Position numbers and translations under genes: made by a program
Notes under the pieces: generated by a model
Told to the model about the DNA's origin: nothing
Databases searched by the model: none
Seen by the model: the letters and a program-made list of their open reading frames with translations, nothing else
Shown: one piece after another, positions 19,181 through 31,425 of the stretch
Layout of the letters: every line of letters starts with the position of its first letter
Position numbering within the stretch: the stretch's first letter is position 1
Assembly: GCA_965226795.1 (NCBI GenBank)
Contig: CBDDDZ010000003.1
Coordinates: 480,001 to 544,000, forward strand
Reading direction: 5' to 3'
Length of the DNA stretch: 64,000 bases
Source of the DNA: Candidatus Latescibacterota bacterium
Lineage (GTDB): Bacteria > Latescibacterota > UBA2968 > GCA-2709665

Positions 19181-21632
19181 ATGTTCTGGAATTATCTCAA
19201 GGTGGCCTGGCGAAATCTGCTGCGGCATCCGCTTTATGCCGCGATCAACGTGGTGGGCTTGGGTATCGCGATCTCGTTTTGCCTGCTGGCGTTCCTGTAT
19301 GTACGTCACGAGTGGACCTACGATGCGTTTCATAAAAATGCCGATCGCATTTACAGGGTCTACGCGGAATTTGAAAGCAGCCGAACTTCAGACAATACGC
19401 CAAGGGCATTGGGGCCAACGATGTCGGAGGCGTTTCCGGACGTCCGTTCCGTTAGAGTGGATTTCTTGCGACGCTTAATCCACCATCAAGGTCAGACGAT
19501 CAACGAGTCCTTCCTTCAGGCAGGTCCATCAATTCTGCGGGTTTTCTCCTTTTCTCTGATCAAGGGAAATCCGGCCACCGCGCTGGATGATCCGGACTAC
19601 GTCGTTATTACCGAGACAATGGCTGAGAAGTACTTTCCAGGTCAAGACCCGATTGGTAAGACGATCTCCGTTCAAGATATAGAGATGAAAGTTATCCAAG
19701 TAACAGGTGCAACCGGAATGACCATGTTGTCGGTGGGACAATCAGACCGAACGCCAGAATCCAAAGGACATGGCCCGGATAAACGGCCGACACAGGAATT
19801 GACGGTAACCGGCGTGATCAAGGCAATTCCCAAAAACTCCACCCTTCGCTTTGATTTTCTCTCCGCTTTCAACCCTGCGGCTCAGAAACGGGAATGGAAC
19901 ACCGTGAACACTTACGTTTTGCTACCGGAAGATCTGAGTCCCCAGGAAATGGAGCGCCGGCTCGAAGATCTTTCGGTGCCGTGGCCCGGTAGCCGACGCC
20001 CGGGGAAGCTAAGATTGCAGGCACTTGTAGATATTTACTTTGATTCAAGTCGCATCGGATTGCACGCCGATGGCAATCCCGTCTATTCCTATCTGCTGGG
20101 GGGCATTGCAATACTCGTGCTGATCGTGGCCGTGGTCAACTATGCAAGCCTATCCGTGGGCCGGTCGTTTTCTCGCGCCCGCGAAGTCGGACTGCGCAAG
20201 GCGGCCGGGGGCCTGCGGACCCAACTGGCGAAGCAGTTTCTGGCGGAATCGGCTATGCTGATACTGATCGCGCTTGCGCTCGGGTTGGCGCTGGCCGAAC
20301 TGTTCATGCCGGGTTTCAACAGTCTGATCAGCAGGAAATTCGCCCTGTCCGATCTGGCGGATTCGACCTCACTCGTGTTTCTGCTCGTGATGGTGCTGGT
20401 GGTGGGCATCGTCGCCGGTGGTTACCCGGCAATATTCATGTCCGGATTCCTTCCCGTCGATGCGTTAAAAGGGCGGTACAAGGTGGATCGAATGGGCTTT
20501 TTCAGCCGTGCGCTCGTGGCATTCCAACTGACCATCTCCACGGTCACTGGTGACATGCATGACCATAGCGTCCATACAGATGAACATGATGAAATCAAAA
20601 CCGCTTGGTTTTGAGCCCAGCCATGTCGTCGTCGTTCGGCTATTCGGGATATCCCAGAGAATGGACCTGGCCAAAGCGTTCGAGACGGCCATCCGGCCAT
20701 ACCATTCCGTCTTGAATACTACGAGAACAGCACACGGATTCAGCAGTTTAATGCGAAGTCGTTCTCACATCAGTTGGAAGGGGACGACACTGGAAGGTGT
20801 TGAGAGCATTTTCTGTGATACGCGTTTCCTCGAAACAATGAGTATAGGGCTAATGGAGGGTCGAAATTTCGAGCTGGATAGCGACGCGGAGACATCGGTA
20901 ATTGTAAACGAATCTCTCGCCAGGAAACTGGGATGGGAAGCGCCTATCGGCGAGACGATTCGGCTTGGCAGGAAGGAACAGACGGTTATCGGTGTCGTCC
21001 GGGATTTTCATTTCCGGTCCCTTCACCACGCCATCGGCCCCGCGGTGTTGCAATTGCAGGCGACCTCGTCGTCCGCCCGGCCCCGGGCGGACTTCAGATT
21101 CCTGCTCATGATTCGGATTCGCCCGGACAATGTCCACGACACACTTGATTTCCTGGCAGAGAAATGGGGTGAGATCGCACCGGATGTTCCGTTTAACCAT
21201 AATTTCTTCGATGAGGAAATAGACCGTCAATACCGGGAGGAACAGCGGTGGTTCAGAATCGCGGGCTACGCGACCTTCTTCGCCGTGTTCATCGCGTGCC
21301 TGGGCGCTTTCGGGCTGACGTCGCTCACCGTCGCCAGGCGTACCAAGGAAATAGGGATCCGGAAAGTCGTGGGCGCGCCAACAACACGTATCATCTCCCT
21401 GCTGACCCGGGAATATGTGGTCCTCGTTGGCATCGCCAGCCTGATCGCATGGCCTGCCGCGTACGTCGCGGCGGAGCGCTGGCTGCGTGATTACGCGTAT
21501 CGCGTGGATCCCGGAATAGGGACTTTTCTCCTGGGAGGCCTGCTCATGCTCCTCATGGTGCTCCTGGCCGTAAGCCTGCAGGTCGCCCGGGCGGCCCGCG
21601 CAAATCCTGTCGACGCGTTGCGGTTTGAGTAA
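19181..21632 (+). pseudogene. MacB/FtsX-family ABC permease 1; one extra base near 20548 as assembled
   Basis: MFWNYLKVAWRNL...; two FtsX-type halves; ORFs 19181..20614 and 20550..21632 join; ends ANPVDALRFE. Confidence 0.88.
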
Positions 21633-21634
21633 GA

Positions 21635-21984
21635 GCGGGCAGACAGGAATGTCTGCCCCACCTTCACACCGGCTTCCTCGGCATGACAGCCAGAGCCGGC
21701 GAGTGACGGATACTTTACGACGATGGCTATTGCAATGCATGTCATTCTGAGCGGAGTCGAAGAATCTCCCGTCTACTGCCGTTCTACGCAGGAGGCGGCC
21801 GTGCTGCCTCTCAGGTATTGACACGTGCAAATCGCGCGGGGATGATTCAATGCCGCAGTAGATCCTTCGTCAGCCTGGCGGCTTCCTCAGGATGACAGTT
21901 TGTGCCGACACCTGACCGACAGATTTCGCCAATGGTTATTGCAAAGCATGTCATTCTGAGCGAAGTCGAAGAATCTCCCGTCTT
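21635..21984. repeat. REP cluster: GGCAGACAGGAATGTCTGCC palindrome (21635-21662) and three TGTCAT-type REPs (21740, 21860 inverted, 21949)
   Basis: Palindromes read directly; ~53 bp direct repeat at ~21722 and ~21931. Confidence 0.75.
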
Positions 21985-22193
21985 CTCGAATGGACGTGCA
22001 GCGGAAGCCTTCACCGGCCCATTTGCGCGGACGCTTCGTCTGCCCTGCGGCAGCCACAGCAATGACAGTGTAGGCGTACGCGTAATGGACCCGTATCGCG
22101 GCTGATTCGACGACACAAAATGGAGTCGTGCAATTTCGGTCGTGGCTGAGGACAGCGAGGCAGCGACCATGAAAACGCACGAGGAGGCCCTAC

Positions 22194-24575
22194 GTGATCG
22201 CAAACTACCTGAAAGTAGCCATTCGCAGTTTGATGAGGAACAAGACCTTTTCGGCTATCAATATTCTCGGTCTTGCAATCGGCATCGCGTGCTGCATCCT
22301 CATTTTACTCTATGTTCAGGATGAACTGAGCTATGACCGGCACCATAAAAACGCGGATCGAATTTTCCGGCTTGCCGAGGAGGTACGTATAGAAGGAAGA
22401 ACGCGATGGATCGCGATAACACAATACCCGGCGGGACCGGCTCTCGTCCAGGATTATCCGATCGTGGTTGATGCCATCCGGTTTTACAGAGATGATGCAA
22501 AAATGCTGGTTGGAAATCAGCACGTAAAGTTCTACGAAAAGGACCTCTTGTTCACGGATGCGAATGTTTTCAAGGTCTTCGATTTTCCCCTGATCAAAGG
22601 TGATCCTCGAACGGCGCTTCAGAAGCCCGATTCCATTGTTCTTACGGAAGCGATGGCTTGGAAGTATTTCGGTGACCGGGAGCCGCTGGGTCAGACACTT
22701 ACGGTTAGCGGTAGGACGTATAAGGTGACAGGTGTTCTGAAGCACACCAATCGCAGGTCCCATTTACAGTTCGATTTCCTGGCATCCCCCGTGAAGGAGA
22801 AAGATTGGTTCGAACACGACTATTATACCTATCTGCTATTGCAAGACAAACTGGCTGTCGCCGAACTGGAGAGGCAGTTGCCAGACTTCGTACACCGACA
22901 CATAGGGAGACAAATCAAGGCAGCAGGAATCGAATTGAAGCTTTTTTTGCAGCCTGTGGCCGATATTCATCTTCATTCACATTTGGAGTTCGAGATCAGT
23001 CCCAACGGGGATATCCGGTATATCTATCTCTTTCTCCTCATCGCCTTTCTTGTCTTGCTGCTTGCCTGTATCAATTTCACAAACCTTTCGACCGCCCGCT
23101 CGGTGTACCGGTCAAAGGAGATCGGAATACGGGGAGCGGTCGGTGCAGTCCGACGGCAGTTGGTTTTTCAGTTTTTGGGCGAGTCGACGTTGCTTGCTTC
23201 AATTGCCACTGTTATCGCCGTTGTGATGGTGGAGATCCTGCTTCCCACATTTAATGCCTTTGTCGAACGTGATCTGGCTTTGAATGACCTGAATGGCCGG
23301 GATGTTGGGCTGGCTCTGATCGGCATTTTGCTGTTTACCGGCGTGCTGTCCGGGTGCTATCCCGCCGTTTTTCTCTCGGCGACACGACCGGTCGCCGGCT
23401 TGAAGGGAATGAGCGGCCCTGGCACGAAAAAATCAAGTATTCAGAGGACGCTTGTCGTCGTCCAATTCACAATTTCGATCATCCTGATAATTGGGACGGG
23501 TGTGGTTTATGACCAGGCCGGTTATATTCGCAAGAAGCGACTTGGTTTCCGTAAAGACCACGTGCTCATAGTGCCATACGGCGGTAGCGATGTTATGGGA
23601 CGATTTAAAAACGCAGTATCGGCACACAGTTCCGTAATGAATATGTCGGCCTCGTCCACCGTACCCGGCGGGGGTATTTCCAGCCATCTTTTCCGCCCGC
23701 CGACGGACGGAGCACCCAAAGATCCCTTGATGATGAACGTGTTCCACGTAGACCACGAGTTTATTCAGACATTTGGAATTGAAGTCCTGGAGGGAAGAGC
23801 CTTTTCAGATGATTTTGGAAGCGACCGGGAGGCGGCCTTCATGCTCAATCAGTCGGCTATGCGGAAATTGGGGTGGATCTCCTGTGCGGATAGGGAGTTG
23901 GAACGGGTCGTTCCGAGCGGCACTGAATTGGCCGGGGAAGATAGAGGGGATGTGATCGGCGTCGTGAAAGATTTTCATTACAAATCTCTGCATCACGAAA
24001 TCGAACCCCTTGTAATCATGATGGGAGAATGGGGCTGGAAAGACTTCCTTTCCATTCGGATACGGCCGGAGGATGTTGCGGGCACACTGGATTTTCTCAA
24101 AACCCAATGGCGCGAAGTCGTACCGAATACGCCGTTTGAATACTCGTTCCTGGATACGTCATTCGATCGGCTATACCGGACGGAAGCTCGGTTGGGGATG
24201 CTATTCGGCGGTTTCTCCGCCCTGGCGATTGTTGTGGCAGGACTTGGTTTGTTTGGCCTTTCTACCTTCTCCGTTCAACAGCGCACAAAGGAAATCGGTG
24301 TCCGAAAGGCGGTGGGGGCATCTGTTACCAGTATTGTTTTGCTCTTGTCCAAAGAATATGTCCTGCTTGTCGGGGCTGCCAATTTGATCGCTTGGCCAGT
24401 CGCCTACTATGTGATGAACCGGTGGCTGGAGAATTTCGCCTACCGGGTCGATCCGGCGATCTCAACGTTTGTTTTCGGTGGACTTCTGGCGTTGTGTATC
24501 GCGCTTTTCACCGTGAGCTACGAAACATGCAAAGCAGCCCGGGCGAATCCCGTGGACGCGTTGCGGTATGAGTGA
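22194..24575 (+). CDS. MacB/FtsX-family ABC permease 2
   Basis: NYLKVAIRSL, INFTNLSTAR, GVVKDFHY, RTKEIGVRK, ANPVDALRYE. Confidence 0.93.
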   Translation: MIANYLKVAIRSLMRNKTFSAINILGLAIGIACCILILLYVQDELSYDRHHKNADRIFRLAEEVRIEGRTRWIAITQYPAGPALVQDYPIVVDAIRFYRDDAKMLVGNQHVKFYEKDLLFTDANVFKVFDFPLIKGDPRTALQKPDSIVLTEAMAWKYFGDREPLGQTLTVSGRTYKVTGVLKHTNRRSHLQFDFLASPVKEKDWFEHDYYTYLLLQDKLAVAELERQLPDFVHRHIGRQIKAAGIELKLFLQPVADIHLHSHLEFEISPNGDIRYIYLFLLIAFLVLLLACINFTNLSTARSVYRSKEIGIRGAVGAVRRQLVFQFLGESTLLASIATVIAVVMVEILLPTFNAFVERDLALNDLNGRDVGLALIGILLFTGVLSGCYPAVFLSATRPVAGLKGMSGPGTKKSSIQRTLVVVQFTISIILIIGTGVVYDQAGYIRKKRLGFRKDHVLIVPYGGSDVMGRFKNAVSAHSSVMNMSASSTVPGGGISSHLFRPPTDGAPKDPLMMNVFHVDHEFIQTFGIEVLEGRAFSDDFGSDREAAFMLNQSAMRKLGWISCADRELERVVPSGTELAGEDRGDVIGVVKDFHYKSLHHEIEPLVIMMGEWGWKDFLSIRIRPEDVAGTLDFLKTQWREVVPNTPFEYSFLDTSFDRLYRTEARLGMLFGGFSALAIVVAGLGLFGLSTFSVQQRTKEIGVRKAVGASVTSIVLLLSKEYVLLVGAANLIAWPVAYYVMNRWLENFAYRVDPAISTFVFGGLLALCIALFTVSYETCKAARANPVDALRYE

Positions 24576-24686
24576 GACACCGTGATTATAGTTGCAAAAG
24601 ATTCAGTTGATGGGCGTGTCACACAGGGAAGTGGCAGCGAATAGTCAGCCTGGTTCTCATCGATTCCAGTCTGCGAGGATTCGACG

Positions 24687-27036
24687 ATGTTCTGGAATTA
24701 TCTCAAGGTGGCCTGGCGGAATCTGCTGCGGCACCCGCTTTATGCCGCGATCAACGTGGTGGGATTGGGCATCGCGATTGCGTTCTGCACCGTGACGTTT
24801 CTATATGTTCGGCACGAATGGTCTTACGATTCGTTCCACAAGCACGCGAATACTATTTACCGACTATACGTATGTTGGAAGGATCCGGGCGGTGACCGAA
24901 GGTTCTTTGCTTCCCAGAGTCCTCCTTTAGCACCCGTATTGGCTGAAAATATTCCGGAAATAGTCCATACTGTCAGGCTGAAGTCAAGCAGGAAATGGAT
25001 GAGGGTCGGGGAGAAGATGTTTGAACAGGATCTTCTTTTTGCAGATGCGTCCCTCTTCGATATTTTCAGCTTTCCGCTAAGGGTGGGCGATGAAAATACG
25101 GCCCTTCGGGATAACAATTCTGTCGTAATACAGGAGGACCTGGCGCAAAAATATTTCGGCAATGAAAATGCGGTGGGTAAACAGATCGCGATTCTTGGCT
25201 CGGGCAACCGGTTTCACCATTTTCTGGTGACCGGCGTGGCACATCGCATTCCGGCCAACTCCAGCATTCGATTCGACTGTCTACTACCATACGAACGACT
25301 GATAGACATTCTTGAGATAGACATCCACAGTCGGTCCACGAGCATCGGCAACCATACTGTTTATGTTCGATTGGCCGAGAATTCCGTTCCCGATGAGGTT
25401 GAAGCGAAATTCCCATCAGTAGTTGAAAAATACATGTGGAACCCTGAAAGAAAGACGTTGCATCTCCAGAGACTGACCGATGTTCACCATGCTAACCATG
25501 TCCTCTTCGGACCAGAACCGGCGAGCAACCCGGTCTATTCCTACGTTCTGAGTGGGCTTGCACTATTGGTCCTATTGATCGCTTGCGTTAATTTCGTAAA
25601 CCTCTCCATAAGCCGGTCTGCGGCTCGTGCCAAAGAATTGGGTGTGCGCAAAGTAATAGGTGCAAGAAGGTACGAGGTCGCAGTCCAAATTTGGAGTGAG
25701 TCCCTAATACTGAATTTTATAGCAATGTTGCTTGGGTTTGCGATAGCCGAACTGTATCTGCCAAAGTTCAACGATCTGATCCAGAAAATAGCACCGATCG
25801 AATTCCAAATGGATGGATGGACTCTAGGAATCCTGGCTGGACTCACGTTACTGGTTAGCTTGGCCGCGGGGGGGTATCCCGCTGCTCTTTTATCGCGTTT
25901 CCATCCTGTAGACGTACTTAAAAAAACACTGCGGATCAGTGGTAGGGGCGGCTTGGGTCAGATGCTTATGGTTATTCAATATGCCTTGTCCATCTTTTTT
26001 ATTGTAAGTGCCATCCTTATGACTAAACAGGTCGAATTCTTGAAGATGAAAAGCTTAGGATCTCACAGTGAGCCGGTCCTGGTTGTGCCCTTGTGGAAAC
26101 TTGAGAGGGCGGGGGCTTTTGAAGTTTTCAAAAATGAGTTGGCGCAACACGAGGATATTACCGGCATTACCGGTGCCTCGGATCTCTTTGGCTGGGGGCT
26201 GAAGAGGTATACGACCATCTACAAGGACAAAAAAGTAAGTTTCGGGGTGTATGGAAGTTGATCGCAATTACTTCGATTTTATGGGGGTCGAACTGGTCTC
26301 AGGGAGGGGTTTCTCAGACGAATTCGGTGTCGAAGGGGTAATGGTCAATGAGACATGGGTGAATACAATTGGTTTGGATGCCTCTGAACATTTGAAGGGG
26401 GTATTTGAGGATCGCCCCATTGTCGGTGTGGTGAAGGACTTCCATTATCAATCCCTTCATCACGGGATTGAACCCGTGATGTTTTCGCATACCTCGAGTC
26501 CGTCCTACATGTTTGTCAAGATGCGCGCAGACGACATTCCCACAACCATTGAACTCTTGAAAAACAAATGGAATCTGCTCGTGCCGAATCTGCCTTTCGA
26601 CTTTGAATTCTTGGATGACCACGTAGATAGACTCTACAAGTCGGACCAGCGTTGGGGGCAAATTGTAGGGTATTCTTCCCTCTTTGCAATCTTCATCGCT
26701 TCCCTGGGTGCGTTCGGGTTGACAGCCCTTGCTGTAGCCAGGCGTGCAAAGGAGGTGGGTATTCGCAAGGCCTTGGGTGCATCAGTGCTCGACATCATCA
26801 TGTTGTTTTCGAAAGATTTCATAAAGTTTTTGATCCTGGCTAATCTAATTGGCTGGCCGATGGCTTACTATACCATGAGCCGATGGCTTCAAGATTTCGC
26901 ATATCGAATAAATGTCGCACCACAGGTATTTGTGTTAGGAGGATTCATAACGTTCGTCATTGTGTTGTTGACAGCTACCACCCAGGCTTACAAAGCCGCA
27001 ACTGCAAATCCAGTAGATGCTTTGCGGTACGACTAG
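24687..27036 (+). pseudogene. MacB/FtsX-family ABC permease 3; one extra base near 26253-26256 as assembled
   Basis: ORFs 24687..26261 and 26251..27036 are consecutive halves; ends ANPVDALRYD. Confidence 0.88.
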
Positions 27037-27272
27037 CGCACAGCACACTTTCTCTGGCGGCCGGTTCAAGCTGCCTCATCGATTGGCGCGACGGAAGCGC
27101 GGGGCCTGTTATTGGGAGATAAAACGGCGAGAAGAATTCTCGATAAGAGTACGGCCTATCCGCGGGAAACAGGGTCAAGTGCAATGTTTTCTGCAGTGTT
27201 GTTTGGTTTTCGGGGTCCTGCCAAACGTATCCACATGGTTTCTGTAGATTGCAACCAAACGGGATTAAGGCG

Positions 27273-29624
27273 ATGTTCTGGAATTATCTGAAGGTGGCAT
27301 ATCGGAATCTGCTGCGGCACCCGCTCTATGCGGCGATAAACGTGGTGGGCTTGGGTATCGCGATAGCGTTTTGTGTGCTGGCGTTCCTGTATGTGCGACA
27401 CGAGTGGACCTACGATGCGTTTCACGAAAACGCCGATCGCATTTACAGGGTCTACGCGGTAAATGATCGAGGACGAAGTATTGGCGGCGCTCCGGCTGAA
27501 CTGGCGCCGGCGTTGGCGGAGGCGCATCCGGATGTTCGCATCGTGCGAATTGATTTTGATTGGAAATACCGATTCATTCAACACCGAGGTACGAAGATAG
27601 CGGAAACGATATGCGTTGTAGATCCCGACATATTCGAAGTGTTCTCCTTTCCGCTTCTGAAAGGGGACCCGGCAACGGCACTTATGGATCCGCACAGTGT
27701 CGTTATTACCGAGAAGATCGCCGAAAAGTATTTTCCGGGCGAAGACCCGATTGGTAAAACATTATCAATCCAGACCGGTGATGGCGCAAATACCGGCATC
27801 CGGGATCTAACAGTTACGGGAATAGTAGAGACGATCCCCAGGAATTCGAGTATTCGCTTCGGATTTCTTTCCAGGCTTGTTGTTGCGGGCAATGAACCTA
27901 TACGGTGGAAATACAGATTATTTGGAACCTACATATTGCTGCCAGACGACGTGAGCCCCTCCGAAGTCGAGCGGCGGTTGAAGGTTCTTGTGTCGACGTG
28001 GCCTAAAAGCCCAATATGGGAGAAATTGAAACTGCAGCCGCTTAGCGACATTCACTTCGATTCCAGGGGCGTCGGACTAGATCCCGCAGGCAATCCCGTG
28101 TATTCATACATCCTGGCGTGCATTGCAATGCTTGTGCTTGTCATTGCCGCGGTCAATTATACAAACCTATCCGTGGGGAGGTCATTCTCTCGCGTTCGGG
28201 AAGTTGGAATACGCAAAGTGGCCGGGGGTCTGCGAACGCAACTGGCGATGCAGTTCCTGGCGGAATCGGTCCTGCTGACATTGATCGCGCTTGGGCTCGG
28301 GCTGGCGTTGGCCGAACTGTTCATTCCGGGCTTCAACAATCTGACCCGAATGGAGTTTTCGCTTTCCGATATGGCGGATTCGACCCCAGCCGGTTTTCTG
28401 ATTGTTCTGTTGCTGGTGGTAGGCGTCGTTTCTGGAGGTTATCCCGCTTTTTTTGTGTCAAGATTTTTGCCGGTTGATGCGCTTAAAGGGCAGATGAGAT
28501 TGGAACGAATGGGCCGCGTTAGACGGGTGCTCGTGGTATTCCAGGTTGCCATCTCAGTTATATTGGTTGGGTGCACGACCATAGTCGCCAGGCAATTGAA
28601 TCTGATGACGACAAAACCGTTGGGTTTTAGTCCAAAAGATGTTTTGGTAGTCTATAATGTGAAAGGTGTTGCCAAAGCCTACCAGGAGGCAGTTCAGTCA
28701 TACCATGCTGTGTTGAAGACCACCAGAACAGGGCACGCCTTTAGCAACAGGATCCAGACCTTTATCGATGTACAATCAGACGGCACGATCATGAAAGACG
28801 TCGAGGTCCTTGACGGTGATCTGGGCTTGCTGGAAACTCTGGGTATACGGCTGAAATCGGGTCGGGTCTTCGAGAGAGACGGCGACGCCATAACGTCCGT
28901 ACTCGTTAACGAAGCCCTGGTTGAAAAATTGGGATGGGAAGCGCCTCTGGGAAAGACGCTACGGTTAGGCAGCCGTGGCCGGAAATTAACAGTGATCGGC
29001 GTGGTTCGCAATTTTCACTTTCGTTCTCTTCATCATTCCATTAAGCCCGCCGTGATGCACCTTCGTCATCCGAGATTCTCTGCTCCACGAATGCTGATGC
29101 TTCGCATGCGCCCGGACGACAGGGCAGGCACCGTTCGTTTTCTGAAAGAGAAGTGGCAGGAAATGGCGGCCGACGAAGTGTTTTACTCTTCCTTTCTCGA
29201 GGATGACATTGACCGTCAATACCGGGAGGAAAGGCGGTGGTTCAAAATCGCGGGCTACGCGACTTTCTTCGCGGTATTCATCGCCTGCCTTGGCGCTTTC
29301 GGGCTGACGTCGCTCACCGTCGCCAGGCGGACCAAGGAAATAGGGATTCGGAAAGTCCTGGGGGCGCCAACATTCGGTATTGTGGCTCCTTGCTCGCCCC
29401 GCGAATTTGTAATACTCGTTGGTATCGCCTGTCTGGTTGCGTGGCCCGTGACCTACGTCGCGGCGGATCGCTGGCTTCAGAATTTCCCGTATCGCGTGGA
29501 TCCCGGGATAGGGACTTTTCTCCTGGGAGCCCTGCTCACGCTCCTCGTTGTGCTCCTGGCGGTGAGCCTGCAGGTCACCCGGGCGGCCCGGGCAAATCCC
29601 GTGGACGCGCTGCGGTATGAGTAA
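27273..29624 (+). CDS. MacB/FtsX-family ABC permease 4
   Basis: Same architecture; local VAPCSPREF at ~29385-29400 looks like compensating indels in VSLLAREF. Confidence 0.9.
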   Translation: MFWNYLKVAYRNLLRHPLYAAINVVGLGIAIAFCVLAFLYVRHEWTYDAFHENADRIYRVYAVNDRGRSIGGAPAELAPALAEAHPDVRIVRIDFDWKYRFIQHRGTKIAETICVVDPDIFEVFSFPLLKGDPATALMDPHSVVITEKIAEKYFPGEDPIGKTLSIQTGDGANTGIRDLTVTGIVETIPRNSSIRFGFLSRLVVAGNEPIRWKYRLFGTYILLPDDVSPSEVERRLKVLVSTWPKSPIWEKLKLQPLSDIHFDSRGVGLDPAGNPVYSYILACIAMLVLVIAAVNYTNLSVGRSFSRVREVGIRKVAGGLRTQLAMQFLAESVLLTLIALGLGLALAELFIPGFNNLTRMEFSLSDMADSTPAGFLIVLLLVVGVVSGGYPAFFVSRFLPVDALKGQMRLERMGRVRRVLVVFQVAISVILVGCTTIVARQLNLMTTKPLGFSPKDVLVVYNVKGVAKAYQEAVQSYHAVLKTTRTGHAFSNRIQTFIDVQSDGTIMKDVEVLDGDLGLLETLGIRLKSGRVFERDGDAITSVLVNEALVEKLGWEAPLGKTLRLGSRGRKLTVIGVVRNFHFRSLHHSIKPAVMHLRHPRFSAPRMLMLRMRPDDRAGTVRFLKEKWQEMAADEVFYSSFLEDDIDRQYREERRWFKIAGYATFFAVFIACLGAFGLTSLTVARRTKEIGIRKVLGAPTFGIVAPCSPREFVILVGIACLVAWPVTYVAADRWLQNFPYRVDPGIGTFLLGALLTLLVVLLAVSLQVTRAARANPVDALRYE

Positions 29625-29626
29625 CG

Positions 29627-29790
29627 GCGGGCAGACAGGAATGTCTGCCTTCCACCTTCACACGAGTGACGGATACTTCCTCAGCATGACAGCCAGAGCC
29701 GGCGAGTGACGGATACATTTCGAGTTTGATCGGCCTTCAGCATTGAAAGTCATGTCATTCTGAGCGAGGGCACTTCGAGTCGAAGAATCT
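29627..29790. repeat. REP cluster homologous to the one after permease 1
   Basis: GGCAGACAGGAATGTCTGCC, shared linker GCATGACAGCCAGAGCCGGCGAGTGACGGATAC, TGTCAT REP at 29753. Confidence 0.75.
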
Positions 29791-29927
29791 CCGAGGCAGG
29801 CAGGAGAATGGTGAGGTATTTTTGGGACAGCGGGATATAACAGGTTTTTTGTTGTGCTTGGGATATACCGGGCTCTTGCCGCACAAACAGCATCTGGCGC
29901 TCGATGAATAGCGAGGGAGGAGAGCAA

Positions 29928-31301
29928 ATGGAGACTGAATTGTTTGAACGTATCAAGACCTACAATGTGGGCGACCCGTTCGCCGCTGCCAATCGAAACC
30001 GCGGCGACGCCTTGCTGTCCGTGATCGCTGGCGAACGCGCAAGCCAGGGGCCGGGGAATAAGATTGTTGTCTGCTGCGGTAGAACCCACATTGCCTGGCA
30101 GGACTCGTACAATCAGAGGTACTTCGCTCGGGTACGCACGCTCGATCATGAAACGCGCAGGTGGACCGCCGGTGCCATCCTGGCCGAGGGCGTCGACGAG
30201 CATTCTCGTCCCACCCTTGCGGTCGATAGCCAGGGCTACCTGCACGTGGTCATGGGCGGACACAACTCGCCTCTGCAGTACCAGCGATCGCTGCGGCCGC
30301 ACGATGCGTCGGCCTGGACCTCCGTCGAGGCCTTTGGCCGAAACACCTATCCCGTGCTACTGTGCGGCCCCAACGACACGCTTCACGTCACCGCCCGCGA
30401 CGGCAGCCACAACGGCATGGAGCTGTGGGAGAGACCGTCTGCCGGTCCGTGGCAAAGCCGTGGCCTGATCGTGACCCGGCAGCGGCGTTTCACCGGGTAC
30501 ACTGGCATGAACAACGACGTGGTCTGGGGCCCGGGCCGGAAGACAATGCACATGAGCATGGCCTTTTTCCTGGGTCGCAAGCCGAATGCGGGGGAGCACT
30601 CACGTGACGTATCCGGTCTGTACCAAGCCGTGGGCTACATGCGCTCCTTCGACTTCGGCCGCACCTGGCAGAAAGACGACGGGACGCCGGTTCCGCTTCC
30701 GGCGACATCGGACACGCTTGACCTGCTGGAGGAGGGTGAGAGCAACAACCCCAAGCCAGGCATTGAGCACTGCGGCCTGGCCGTCGATTCGAAGGACCGA
30801 CCCTACGTCGGCTACGTTCGCCACACACCCACGCCCTGTCGTGCCTTCTTGAAGACGTCCGATGCCGGGAGGTGGCGTGGACTGCCGTTAAGTGAGGCCG
30901 TGGCGTCGCACTGGCCCGGTTGGGGGATACTCGCCTTCAAGCCGGTAATGACGTCCGATGACGTCCTTTGCGTTCTCGCCCAGCTCGTTGCCCTGGGGCA
31001 CCCGGACGCGAACTGGGCCCCGGGCGTCTATGGTCTACCCTCCTTCTGGCTGCGCGAGCATCCAGAACTCTCACGCGTCGTCTGGCTCGAATCGTCCGAT
31101 TACGGGGAGACATTCACGCCGCGTGAGGTACTCGCATTCGACCCTGAACAAGGTCAGGTTATGCCTTCCTTGGAACGCCCAAACGGCTCCAACCCTATCC
31201 CACCAGGCACCCGTCCGTCATTCATCTACACGCTGGGCGAATCCCGATACGCGGACGAGGGCGAGACCATCGACAACCACCTGTACTGGGTGCGCGTCTA
31301 A
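29928..31301 (+). CDS. BNR-4 repeat / sialidase-like beta-propeller protein
   Basis: DEHSRPTLAVDSQGYLHVVMGGHN; Asp-boxes RSFDFGRTW and SSDYGETF; SD GGAGG before ATG 29928. Confidence 0.75.
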   Translation: METELFERIKTYNVGDPFAAANRNRGDALLSVIAGERASQGPGNKIVVCCGRTHIAWQDSYNQRYFARVRTLDHETRRWTAGAILAEGVDEHSRPTLAVDSQGYLHVVMGGHNSPLQYQRSLRPHDASAWTSVEAFGRNTYPVLLCGPNDTLHVTARDGSHNGMELWERPSAGPWQSRGLIVTRQRRFTGYTGMNNDVVWGPGRKTMHMSMAFFLGRKPNAGEHSRDVSGLYQAVGYMRSFDFGRTWQKDDGTPVPLPATSDTLDLLEEGESNNPKPGIEHCGLAVDSKDRPYVGYVRHTPTPCRAFLKTSDAGRWRGLPLSEAVASHWPGWGILAFKPVMTSDDVLCVLAQLVALGHPDANWAPGVYGLPSFWLREHPELSRVVWLESSDYGETFTPREVLAFDPEQGQVMPSLERPNGSNPIPPGTRPSFIYTLGESRYADEGETIDNHLYWVRV

Positions 31302-31425
31302 ATCGATGCGCCTGCAGGGCAACCGTATCAACGGACCGTTAAGGGACTTCATCTGCGCTGACGTGGGCGGGAACCGTATCGACGTTGGACAACCGTTGAG
31401 GAAATAGGACTGCATCGCTGCGGAG

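Noticed and set aside
31316..31403. Imperfect direct repeat AACCGTATC...ACCGTT after the BNR gene
   Set aside because: Only two short degenerate copies, not seen elsewhere in the window
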